From positions 1 to 26,208 of IMG/VR virus record IMGVR_UViG_3300022909_000101: 26,208 bases of DNA. The stretch is one strand, 5' to 3'. Below are positions 9,167 to 17,356 of the stretch, one piece after another. The stretch comes from a virus. Taxonomy: Duplodnaviria > Caudoviricetes. Position 1 is the stretch's first letter; each line of letters starts with the position of its first letter. The position numbers and the translations under genes were made by a program. The notes beneath the pieces are model-generated. The model had not been told where the DNA came from, made no database searches, and saw nothing but the letters and a program-made list of their open reading frames with translations.

Positions 9167-9550
9167 ATGATAGATAAACAAACTATATTTGAAGAATTTA
9201 AAATTGCAAAACAAAAAGACTTGCAACAATCAACAAGAAACGAACCGTATGAAGATGTCTTTACAAATAGATTACAACTATTAAATTCACATAAAGTTGC
9301 AAAAAAATCTAATCCGAAGATGTATAGAAACTTAGATATTAATTTTGATAATCTAATAAAAGCTTATTCAAGTCAATATCCAGTTGATGTTTTTTACAAT
9401 GTCGGCTTCGGTAAATCTCTTAAACAATATCAATTTGATAAGATTATTGAAGAAATGACAGAAAAACAAAAAGAAAAAGAAGAACAATTAAGAAAAAAAG
9501 AAAAAGAAAAATTAAAAATTGAAGATGTTGAAGAAGTTACTTTTAATTAG
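9167..9550 (+). CDS. Hypothetical protein
   Basis: AAAGGA SD; charged C-terminus. Confidence 0.7.
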   Translation: MIDKQTIFEEFKIAKQKDLQQSTRNEPYEDVFTNRLQLLNSHKVAKKSNPKMYRNLDINFDNLIKAYSSQYPVDVFYNVGFGKSLKQYQFDKIIEEMTEKQKEKEEQLRKKEKEKLKIEDVEEVTFN

Positions 9551-10013
9551 TTGTTTGTTGTTGCTCTCTAATTGTGCTAGCAAACAGTCCTATATTGGTG
9601 CATCCACTACAGCGGCTGTTGCTGGTACAACATGTTGGCAATACATAAGTGACAATCCTGCTGTTGTGGCTACTTGTGCAGTTGCAGGTTCATTTAAGGG
9701 TGCAGATATTATGAATGCTGAAACAGACGATCAATTAATGACAAGAGCATTTGTAGATCATTTAGAAAATGCACCTAATAGTCCAGGGTTTACAACTTGG
9801 CAAAATCCTAAAACACAAAGTAATGGTATTATTAAAACAACAGGATTTTATTTAAAAGGTCCTATTAAGTGTACAATGGTTGAAACTACACATGATCAAA
9901 ATTTAGATAATACAAGATTTTTTGATTCAATATTATATGGTAATCCATATAGAAGAATGGAATGGCATGAGGCTTGTAAGATGCCTGATGGGAGGTGGAT
10001 GATAAATGAATAA
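9525..10013 (+). CDS. Lipoprotein with glycine-zipper-like region (resembles Rickettsia 17-kDa surface antigen/RT0821 family)
   Basis: Lipobox LSNC; small-residue hydrophobic hairpin; WQNPKTQSNG...C...ACKMPDGRW C-terminal pattern. Confidence 0.65.
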   Translation: MLKKLLLISCLLLLSNCASKQSYIGASTTAAVAGTTCWQYISDNPAVVATCAVAGSFKGADIMNAETDDQLMTRAFVDHLENAPNSPGFTTWQNPKTQSNGIIKTTGFYLKGPIKCTMVETTHDQNLDNTRFFDSILYGNPYRRMEWHEACKMPDGRWMINE

Positions 10014-10425
10014 AAAAAGAACTTTATTTTTTATATTTTTATTGTTATTGTTAATACCTATATTGATGAGCATTGCATTTTCAGATGATTCATTTAATAA
10101 TACTATGGATAAAATTGATAGATTAAATAATAATAAAGACAAAGTATATTATGATAAAATACAACCTCTAAACAATCAATATTGTTTTATAAAGGTAGAA
10201 ATAAAAGAAGTAAATGATGAAATAGTTAAACAGGAAGTCGTAGAATGTGCAGATGGTAGAAAGGCATATGACGGTCCAAGTTATTGGGAGTTATTTGCTC
10301 AGTTTTACTACGGTGATATGAATACACCTGCTTATTGCAGATACTATGAACGACCGAAACATGCTTATCACAAACCTGGTAAAGTATGTTTAGATAAGTA
10401 TGGAAATTGGGAGGTGAAAAAATGA
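10006..10425 (+). CDS. Secreted or membrane-anchored Cys-containing protein
   Basis: N-terminal hydrophobic signal; 4 Cys; C-terminal CLDKYGNW resembles the upstream lipoprotein end. Confidence 0.65.
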   Translation: MNKKRTLFFIFLLLLLIPILMSIAFSDDSFNNTMDKIDRLNNNKDKVYYDKIQPLNNQYCFIKVEIKEVNDEIVKQEVVECADGRKAYDGPSYWELFAQFYYGDMNTPAYCRYYERPKHAYHKPGKVCLDKYGNWEVKK

Positions 10426-10580
10426 TAAAAGGTCTATTGACACTTGCAATCTTATGGATTATCCTTGCATTTACTTGGGATCCATTTGTTTCTACAGTTG
10501 AAAAAACACAGGCTGTTGACAAAACAAAAGAAATAGTATATAATGTGTTTAATAATATGAAGGAGAAGGTTGATGAATAA
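10422..10580 (+). CDS. Small membrane protein (52 aa, not in ORF track)
   Basis: MIKGLLTLAILWIILAFTWDPFVSTVEKTQAVDKTKEIVYNVFNNMKEKVDE*; GGAGGTG SD, ATGA overlap. Confidence 0.7.
   Translation: MIKGLLTLAILWIILAFTWDPFVSTVEKTQAVDKTKEIVYNVFNNMKEKVDE
10516..10544 (+). promoter_or_regulatory. Consensus sigma70 promoter internal to the small ORF
   Basis: TTGACA, 17 bp, TATAAT. Confidence 0.7.
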
Positions 10581-11181
10581 AATAATAAGATATGCTTTGA
10601 TAGGTACTACAGCACTTGCTTTAACAGCTTGTTCAAGTACAACATACACTATCAAACAAGAAAAGAATAATCAGGTATTAAAAGTGCCTGCTTGGTACAT
10701 GAAAGATTATTCTGAAAACAAAGAATGTGGTAAAACACTTTTTGGTAAAAATAAAACTAAACAATGTGTATTTGGTGTTGGTACAAGTACATCACCAGAC
10801 CTTGAACTTGCAATAGACAAGGCAATGATGATCTCAAAGGCTGAAGTTGCAGATAAAGTTAAAGGTGAAATGAATAAGAAGGCAAAAATATTTGTTACAG
10901 AATTGGGTAAATCTCAAAACAAAACAGTTGTAACAGATGTTGAGTCGACTCTAGTTAATGTAATTAAAAATACACAAGTAAGAGGATATGAAGTGTTTGC
11001 TCAAGAAGTTACACTTACAAAACAAGGATACTATCGTGCTTGGATTGGTTTAAGACTACCTCTTGGTGAGTTTAATAAGATGTATCATTACACAATAAAT
11101 GAAGTTGCAGACTCTTATAACTTAAAGAAAGAGGCAGAAAAGGCATATAAAGAAGTAGAGGATCTAACAAGTGACTCATAA
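10573..11181 (+). CDS. Lipoprotein (LPP20-like)
   Basis: Lipobox LTAC; VPAWY; GVGTSTSPDLELAIDKA. Confidence 0.7.
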   Translation: MNKIIRYALIGTTALALTACSSTTYTIKQEKNNQVLKVPAWYMKDYSENKECGKTLFGKNKTKQCVFGVGTSTSPDLELAIDKAMMISKAEVADKVKGEMNKKAKIFVTELGKSQNKTVVTDVESTLVNVIKNTQVRGYEVFAQEVTLTKQGYYRAWIGLRLPLGEFNKMYHYTINEVADSYNLKKEAEKAYKEVEDLTSDS

Positions 11182-11458
11182 AATAGAAATATACTCAAAG
11201 CCTAATTGTGTTTATTGCGAGAAGTCTAAACATCTTGTAAAGACATTAGGCCTTGAGTACACAGAAAAAATGTTTGGTAAAGATTTTACAACACCAGATC
11301 AGTTATTTGAGGCTGTAGGTAAACAAGTAAGAACTATGCCACAAATATTAATTGATGATAAACACGTTGGCGGATATAATGAATTGGTTGAGTATTTTGC
11401 TGACAAAGGTCTATGTAACTTTAAAGGTGAAGTAACAAAAAATGTTAATGACAAATAA
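11171..11458 (+). CDS. Glutaredoxin
   Basis: YSKPNCVYC, TMPQI, VGGY. Confidence 0.92.
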   Translation: MTHKIEIYSKPNCVYCEKSKHLVKTLGLEYTEKMFGKDFTTPDQLFEAVGKQVRTMPQILIDDKHVGGYNELVEYFADKGLCNFKGEVTKNVNDK

Positions 11459-11819
11459 AAACGAAAATAACGTTATATTGTTTCCTAAGGTACCAAAGGT
11501 AAGACCTAATCAAAAGGCACAAGAGTTAGATGCTAAAAGACAGGAAATGATAAGACTACAACATAATAAAGTTTATGTACAGGCATTGAATGATGATATT
11601 ACTGAAGATATTTTAATGAAGTTAAAAGACGAAAACTTTAATTTAACAGACCCAACATTTTTGAAAGATTATAAACTTTTTACCGAATCAATTAGGTCGT
11701 TGTTGCTAAGACAAGTAAAGATGAAACATCCTTTACATGAAAGAGTTGATAATGCTGTAACAACAAAGGGTGAAGGTAAAGATGTATATGCCATTACAAT
11801 TGATTATAAAAAGTTTTAA
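11448..11819 (+). CDS. Hypothetical protein
   Basis: NNVILFPK N-terminal motif; in operon. Confidence 0.65.
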   Translation: MTNKNENNVILFPKVPKVRPNQKAQELDAKRQEMIRLQHNKVYVQALNDDITEDILMKLKDENFNLTDPTFLKDYKLFTESIRSLLLRQVKMKHPLHERVDNAVTTKGEGKDVYAITIDYKKF

Positions 11820-11916
11820 AGAATTCCATAAAGCACTTTGGAATACTATGAATGCTACAACGTGCCTAGTATTCAATAGTTTAAATGAGGCACATTATAT
11901 AATAAGGAGTGAATAA

Positions 11917-12249
11917 ATGTTTAAATCATTATTCTCAAACGATTCAATGAAAATCGTATCAAAATCAAAAAAAACATCTACAAGAGGTAGAAAAACTTTG
12001 TCAAAAAGACAAAAAGTTTTAAACCTTTTATCAAAAGGTGCACCAGTATCTTGGAAATCTTTAAGAACTAAATTCGATTTAGGTTCACCAAGAGCTTTAA
12101 TTGATACATTAAGATCAGAAGGAAATATGATCTATGTTAATCAAACTGCTAAAGGTACTTCTTACAGAATGGGTCAACCAACAAAAGCGATTATCGCTGC
12201 TGGTATCCAAAAGTTATACGGCACTCCGTATGCTTACAAAAATGCGTAA
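11917..12249 (+). CDS. Winged helix-turn-helix DNA-binding protein
   Basis: SKRQKVLNLL...VSWKSLRTKF...PRALIDTLRSEGNMIY...TSYRMG; AAGGAG SD. Confidence 0.65.
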   Translation: MFKSLFSNDSMKIVSKSKKTSTRGRKTLSKRQKVLNLLSKGAPVSWKSLRTKFDLGSPRALIDTLRSEGNMIYVNQTAKGTSYRMGQPTKAIIAAGIQKLYGTPYAYKNA

Positions 12250-12283
12250 TCTCTCTCTTTAAAAACGCATAAATAAATGTAGA

Positions 12284-12300
12284 GGCGGCCTTGTGCCGCC
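12284..12300 (+). other. GC-rich stem-loop (terminator or 5' stabilising hairpin)
   Basis: GGCGGC-CTTGT-GCCGCC, no U-tract; lies just after CATAAATA (12268-12275). Confidence 0.55.
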
Positions 12301-12327
12301 CTTACATAACAAAATGAGGAGGGCAAT

Positions 12328-12810
12328 ATGCCAACAAACACATCTAATATGAATATGCAATATAGTGGATCATCTGCTCCATTGCTACACGAAATTCTAA
12401 CTAAAGTAAATAACGCAAAAGACAAACCTAAAAAAATTGAGGTTTTAAAACAAAACGATTCACTTTCATTAAGACAAGTATTAAAAGGTGCATTTGATCC
12501 AAAAATTGAATGGGATTTACCACCTGGTAACCCACCATATACGGTCAATGAAGCTCCAGCAGGAACTGAGCATACGACTCTATACACAGAAGCTAAAAAA
12601 TTATGGCATTTTGTAAAGGGTGCAGATGAACAACTTTCAAAAACAAAAAAAGAAATGATGTTTATTCAAATGCTAGAAGGTTTACACAAAGATGATGCTG
12701 AACTGATGGTCGCAGTAAAAGAGAAAGAACTTAATAAAAGATATAAAGGTCTAACGGATGCAGTGGTAAAAGAAGCATTTGGTTGGAATGACGATTACAA
12801 AACGTCCTAA
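12328..12810 (+). CDS. Conserved T4-like phage protein (DUF6433-like)
   Basis: LPPGNPPY...EMMFIQMLEGLH..DA pattern; GAGGAGG SD. Confidence 0.65.
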   Translation: MPTNTSNMNMQYSGSSAPLLHEILTKVNNAKDKPKKIEVLKQNDSLSLRQVLKGAFDPKIEWDLPPGNPPYTVNEAPAGTEHTTLYTEAKKLWHFVKGADEQLSKTKKEMMFIQMLEGLHKDDAELMVAVKEKELNKRYKGLTDAVVKEAFGWNDDYKTS

Positions 12811-12858
12811 AACATAAATATTATAGAGTGATTCTATAAAATTCAACTATAGGGTGTA

Positions 12859-12873
12859 GAACAAAAGTAGAAC
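12859..12873 (+). promoter_or_regulatory. Alphaproteobacterial LexA (SOS) box GAAC-N7-GAAC
   Basis: GAAC AAAAGTA GAAC, enclosed by a 9-bp inverted repeat (12849-12857/12893-12901). Confidence 0.7.
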
Positions 12874-12950
12874 ATTTACTTGATAAATTGTCACACCCTA
12901 TTTCCCTTTGATTTACAGTATAAAAAACGGTTTATATTATCCGATTTTGC

Positions 12951-12979
12951 TTGAAACTCATACTATTTTCTGATATAGT
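12951..12979 (+). promoter_or_regulatory. Sigma70-type early promoter
   Basis: TTGAAA, 17 bp, TATAGT with extended TG. Confidence 0.65.
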
Positions 12980-13014
12980 AGCAGTATGAAAACAACAAAA
13001 AAGGAGAATACATT

Positions 13015-13218
13015 ATGTCAAAAGTAAAACAATATTATACTGATGAAGTTGAAAAAACAGTTGATAAGATTATCTTAAATTTTAAGAATAATCTAATTAA
13101 TTTAGAAACTGCTGTTGCTGAAATTATGAAAGTCGATAACCTTGATTTAATAGGTATTGATGAACACAATGTAGAAGAATGTATCCAAGATACATTTTAC
13201 GATAAGGTTACTTCATAA
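13015..13218 (+). CDS. Hypothetical protein
   Basis: AAGGAG SD. Confidence 0.7.
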   Translation: MSKVKQYYTDEVEKTVDKIILNFKNNLINLETAVAEIMKVDNLDLIGIDEHNVEECIQDTFYDKVTS

Positions 13219-13538
13219 TGAGAAAACCTTTATTTACATTATTTCTTGCTTTCGTTTATATATGGTCTTGGTCAATATTTAATGTTGTTAAGGCCGACAC
13301 CTATAATAAAGCAGTTATAGGACATGTTATATCTGAAACTATAAAAGGTACAGATATTGATACAAAATATATTATGGAAAATGAGTTAGAAAAACTTGCT
13401 CATAAGTTTATGGTTGATTCAATATCAATACTACAGGCTTACTTACCTCAAATATTAGAGGGTGTTGCCGCTGATTTAAGACTACAAGTAGATAAAAAAT
13501 ACAAAGAGGAATTATTAAATGGCGAAAACAGTAACTAG
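13218..13538 (+). CDS. Secreted or membrane hypothetical protein
   Basis: N-terminal signal-like segment ending VKA. Confidence 0.65.
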   Translation: MRKPLFTLFLAFVYIWSWSIFNVVKADTYNKAVIGHVISETIKGTDIDTKYIMENELEKLAHKFMVDSISILQAYLPQILEGVAADLRLQVDKKYKEELLNGENSN

Positions 13539-13938
13539 AAAATCAAAAGCTCTGAAACTTAAAAGAAAGTTGAAAAAAGAATTTTCTGTAAAAAGAAAAT
13601 ATACAACTACTTACAAAGACATAAAGAAGTATTTTAAAGAATTAAATAATGCTATTTTTGATAACAAGTTATCTCCATTTGGCCAAATTCAAATAAAAGA
13701 TTTAAAAAGAGAGAAGTGTGTGGGACAAGTTATTACATTTGAGTGGAAAAGAAAAGGTACACGAATGTATAAACTAGAAATGTTACCTGCCTATCCTGAA
13801 AAGAGAGATTTTATGGACACGTTAGTACATGAAATGGTACACTTGTACCAAATGCAAAACCTAGGTGATACTGGAAACCATAATGAAGTGTTCTGGTCTT
13901 TTTCACCAAAAGTAAACTATATTGGTTTACAACTATAG
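13519..13938 (+). CDS. SprT-like zinc metalloprotease
   Basis: FDNKL...TLVHEMVHLYQ...H..VF. Confidence 0.8.
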   Translation: MAKTVTRKSKALKLKRKLKKEFSVKRKYTTTYKDIKKYFKELNNAIFDNKLSPFGQIQIKDLKREKCVGQVITFEWKRKGTRMYKLEMLPAYPEKRDFMDTLVHEMVHLYQMQNLGDTGNHNEVFWSFSPKVNYIGLQL

Positions 13939-13956
13939 AAAGAAGAAAGTTATATT

Positions 13957-14235
13957 ATGAGTAAAAGTGAAAAAAACCATGTTGACGATTGGTTAAAACA
14001 ACAAATTAGAAAAGGCATAAACATAATTGATTATGTTTTACAAAACAATGTAAGTGAGTGGGAACTATATTATACAGGACATTTACACAAAGACATCCTA
14101 AATAACTTTCCAGGCAGAACAAGTAAAAAGATATTTAAAGGTTATAGAGAACTTTTAGATAATAGTAACCTTGTGTTTATTCAAAAGAAGTTTGAAGACC
14201 ACGGCTATGAATATTACGTAAAGAAAGGTATATAA
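13957..14235 (+). CDS. Hypothetical protein
   Basis: ORF in operon. Confidence 0.65.
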   Translation: MSKSEKNHVDDWLKQQIRKGINIIDYVLQNNVSEWELYYTGHLHKDILNNFPGRTSKKIFKGYRELLDNSNLVFIQKKFEDHGYEYYVKKGI

Positions 14236-14516
14236 TGAAACTATTGAAAAAACATAAAGAAATTTTACAAATGGTTGTAAAAGGCAAAGGTGAATTTAAG
14301 ACACCTACTGTGCCAAAAGACCATTCCGAAGCAATACTTGACGATCTTGTTAAATTATACTTACAAGACCTTATTGTGTTTAATAGAGAATATGATGTGC
14401 CATCTTTTGGTCCTAGTAGCGAACATAAAGTAAGATATAAATGGTATGTTGTTACTATGAATAAAAAGAAAACTTTAAAAGATTTGAAAAAGGTAATTAA
14501 AGATGGTAAAATTTAA
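14235..14516 (+). CDS. Hypothetical protein
   Basis: TAATG coupling to the upstream gene. Confidence 0.65.
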   Translation: MKLLKKHKEILQMVVKGKGEFKTPTVPKDHSEAILDDLVKLYLQDLIVFNREYDVPSFGPSSEHKVRYKWYVVTMNKKKTLKDLKKVIKDGKI

Positions 14517-15087
14517 AGTTTTTATTAAAACAATGATGTTTGTTGTAGTAGTTACAGCAATGTCATTTGTATGGTATGGATATACACTTGATGGTAAACA
14601 AAGAGCAGAAGCTGCTGTACCATCATTGCCTGACTTTGAACACAATAGTAATCAGTTGTTTATAGATAATGTTAAAATGTGTGTCGAGTATATTCATTTT
14701 TACAATGATATTAATAGAGTCAATTTAGAACTATTAATAGCACAGGCAGCTCTAGAGTCTGGTTGGGGAACAAGTAGATTTGCCAGAGAGGGTAAAAACC
14801 TATTTGGTATTCGTACATATGATTTAAGAGAGCCTCATATGTTACCTTGGAAAGATAAACCAAAAAAATGGGGCGTTAAAGTATTTGAACATGAGTGTGA
14901 TAGTGTTTTACATTATACTAAAACCTTAAACAATCACCATGCCTATCAAGGTTATAGACAAATGAGAGAAGAAGGTATTGATAATCCATACATGTTGATA
15001 GAAACACTGGATGCATATGCAAGTGATAAAAATTACTTTGCTAAAATAAAAAGTATTCTCACAAAAATAAGAGAGGACTATAAATGA
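14503..15087 (+). CDS. GH73 glucosaminidase (Bax/FlgJ-like peptidoglycan hydrolase) with N-terminal TM helix
   Basis: AQAALESGWGTSRFAREGKNLFGI, YASDKNY. Confidence 0.9.
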   Translation: MVKFKVFIKTMMFVVVVTAMSFVWYGYTLDGKQRAEAAVPSLPDFEHNSNQLFIDNVKMCVEYIHFYNDINRVNLELLIAQAALESGWGTSRFAREGKNLFGIRTYDLREPHMLPWKDKPKKWGVKVFEHECDSVLHYTKTLNNHHAYQGYRQMREEGIDNPYMLIETLDAYASDKNYFAKIKSILTKIREDYK

Positions 15088-15692
15088 AAATAATATTAAA
15101 ATCTATGTTAATATTATTGTTAACAATTAATATCTTAAAGGCAGATATATTTTTTAAATATGATCATGCTTTAAATACAACAAATTATATAGTTGAAAAA
15201 CAAGGTGGCGCCAATTTACCCATGTTTGGAAATATATATGGACCTATTGAGATAGACGAAGAAACTGTTGTTATAATGCTAAAGGGTAAATTTAATGTTT
15301 TAACTGAAATAAATTTGAGAGGCATTTATATGGTACATGCTGATAAAAATATTTTGTTTATTGGTAACTCTCCTGGTGGTGAAACTTCCTATATTGGTGA
15401 CGTGATGGATATGATTTATAATCACAAGAAAACATATTTTTATGTACCAGAATATGCAATATGTTATAGTTTATGTGGATTGTTAGCTGTAAGTTCTAAA
15501 GAGAAAATGGGTATTATAAAATTACATTCCAGTAGGGATGTATATACAAATGCCATAAGTAGAAATGCTAACAAAGAAGTATTTGATAGACTAGTTCGTG
15601 CTGGTTTTGATAAAAAAGTGGCAAGACAAATATTAATTTCTGGTGAAAACTATACGTTTGTATATGAAAATAAATATAAGGAGTTAAGATGA
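15084..15692 (+). CDS. Secreted ClpP/crotonase-fold-like protein (COG3904-like)
   Basis: Signal peptide; NSPGG, ICYSLC, IKLH motifs. Confidence 0.5.
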   Translation: MKIILKSMLILLLTINILKADIFFKYDHALNTTNYIVEKQGGANLPMFGNIYGPIEIDEETVVIMLKGKFNVLTEINLRGIYMVHADKNILFIGNSPGGETSYIGDVMDMIYNHKKTYFYVPEYAICYSLCGLLAVSSKEKMGIIKLHSSRDVYTNAISRNANKEVFDRLVRAGFDKKVARQILISGENYTFVYENKYKELR

Positions 15693-15877
15693 CATTGGAA
15701 CATGGATTAATTTTAGGTATATTTGGTATCTTATTAACAATTGTAGGCATGATGATTGCTTATATTATTGGATATCAAATAACAAAACCAAAACCAAAAA
15801 AAGAACTAAATGCTTTAGATGAATTACTTAGAAGACATAAAAAGAAAAAGACTTTTAATCACTATAGGGGAAAATAG
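15689..15877 (+). CDS. Small single-TM membrane protein
   Basis: Hydrophobic N-terminus, basic tail; AAGGAG SD. Confidence 0.65.
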   Translation: MTLEHGLILGIFGILLTIVGMMIAYIIGYQITKPKPKKELNALDELLRRHKKKKTFNHYRGK

Positions 15878-15878
15878 T

Positions 15879-16034
15879 ATGAATAAAAAAATGACACGTA
15901 AGGTAGACATAACCGATTACCAAGATATGGCAGATTGTATTCGTAGTGATCAAGTGCCAGCTAATGAAATAGTTGAGATATTTACGGACAAACAGTTTTA
16001 TAAGTGGTATAAAAAGAAGTATTTAAAGGGATAA
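15879..16034 (+). CDS. Small hypothetical protein
   Basis: ATG 15879 after AGGGG; ADCIRSDQVP. Confidence 0.6.
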   Translation: MNKKMTRKVDITDYQDMADCIRSDQVPANEIVEIFTDKQFYKWYKKKYLKG

Positions 16035-16041
16035 TTAATGC

Positions 16042-16070
16042 TTGACTTTAATTTCAAATTAATATATAAT
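16042..16070 (+). promoter_or_regulatory. Sigma70 promoter (likely leaderless)
   Basis: TTGACT, 17 bp, TATAAT; ATG at 16078. Confidence 0.75.
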
Positions 16071-16077
16071 ATATACT

Positions 16078-16269
16078 ATGATGACAATTGATGATATAAA
16101 AAGACTAAAAGATCCAGACAATCTAAAAAAACATAGACTAGATAATCTAGCAAAAGCATGTGCTGATGCTGATACAAATGAAATGAAATCTATGTGGTAT
16201 AATAAAATGATGAATTTGGCAAATGAATATAATATGAAAGACTATGTAATGAGGAGGTTAGTACACTAA
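16078..16269 (+). CDS. Hypothetical protein
   Basis: ORF directly after promoter. Confidence 0.65.
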   Translation: MMTIDDIKRLKDPDNLKKHRLDNLAKACADADTNEMKSMWYNKMMNLANEYNMKDYVMRRLVH

Positions 16270-16868
16270 TGAATATATTTTATGTTGACAAAGATCCAGT
16301 AAAAGCTGCTAAAATGCTTTTAGATAAACATGTGGTCAAAATGATACTTGAGTCTGCTCAAATGTTGTGTACTGCTAAACGTGTACTCGATGGTACTGAA
16401 TACATGGCAAAAACAAAGAATGGTAGAAATATTAAAAGATGGAAACTTGATAACTCAAATGAAGAAGCAATTATCTACAAAGCAGGTTGGTTAAATCATC
16501 CATCTACTCAATGGGTATTACAATCAGCATACAATTACATATGGTTATATAAACATATGATGGCTCTTAATGAAGAATACAAGTTAAGATACAATCATAC
16601 AAAAGACCATTTAACTATTCAAAAACTAGGTGATATACTTAAACATCCACCTAAAAACGCTAAAGTTAGTGTTGTAGGAACAGATGCTACACCAGCAATG
16701 CCAGATGAATGTAAAGTACCTGGTGATGTGGTTGCGTCTTATCGTAAGTACTATATAATGAAGAAGCAAAGATTTGCTACATGGAAATCACCAGCAAAAA
16801 TGCCAGAGTGGTTTGCTGAAGGAATTAAAAATGAACAAAAAAAAGAAAACGAAAATAGAACGTCCTAA
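16269..16868 (+). CDS. Pyrimidine-dimer DNA glycosylase family protein (DenV-related)
   Basis: MNIFYVD...DKHVVKMILESAQMLCTA...NHPSTQW...PAMPDE...YRKYY. Confidence 0.75.
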   Translation: MNIFYVDKDPVKAAKMLLDKHVVKMILESAQMLCTAKRVLDGTEYMAKTKNGRNIKRWKLDNSNEEAIIYKAGWLNHPSTQWVLQSAYNYIWLYKHMMALNEEYKLRYNHTKDHLTIQKLGDILKHPPKNAKVSVVGTDATPAMPDECKVPGDVVASYRKYYIMKKQRFATWKSPAKMPEWFAEGIKNEQKKENENRTS

Positions 16869-16977
16869 AATCTATGAAAGAAATCCTAACACAGGTGTGA
16901 TAAGATGGAGATATGTAGGAGAATCACACGATAAATTTGGTTGGCCAAACTACGGTAGGATTTTGAAGGATAAATAA
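16831..16977 (+). CDS. Small hypothetical protein
   Basis: KIYERNPNTGVIRWR; AAGGA SD before ATG 16831. Confidence 0.55.
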   Translation: MNKKKKTKIERPKIYERNPNTGVIRWRYVGESHDKFGWPNYGRILKDK

Positions 16978-16981
16978 ACAT

Positions 16982-17356
16982 ATGAATGAAATAATGAATT
17001 TTATACAAAACAATATTAACTTTTTAAATAACGTACAAAGTTATCATTGGCAAACAGAATCATATTCTGAACATGAAGCATTAGGTGAGTATTATACAAA
17101 ATTTAATGAACTTAATGACCGATTTGTTGAAACATGGCAAGGTAAACATAATAAAAGAATTAACTTTAGTGCTGAGTTGAGATCAGGTATTAAAAATTAT
17201 GCTGATGTAGAAATTGTAAAACAAGAAGTTGTTGAACAATCGAATATAATCGCCAACATGTCAAAAGATATAGCAGGACAAATTGATTTAGAAAGTATTT
17301 TAGAAGATATGCTTGAAGCTACAAGTCAACTATCTTATCATCTATCTTTAAAATAA
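16982..17356 (+). CDS. Ferritin/Dps-like four-helix protein (DUF5856-like)
   Basis: HWQT.SYSEHEALGEYY...DRFVE motif. Confidence 0.7.
   Translation: MNEIMNFIQNNINFLNNVQSYHWQTESYSEHEALGEYYTKFNELNDRFVETWQGKHNKRINFSAELRSGIKNYADVEIVKQEVVEQSNIIANMSKDIAGQIDLESILEDMLEATSQLSYHLSLK

Noticed and set aside
6724-12834. GANTC (CcrM) sites shortly upstream of each LexA-like box (6724, 9027, 12830)
   Set aside because: Spacing is variable and GANTC is common in this window; the pattern was noticed post hoc and is unsupported without statistics.
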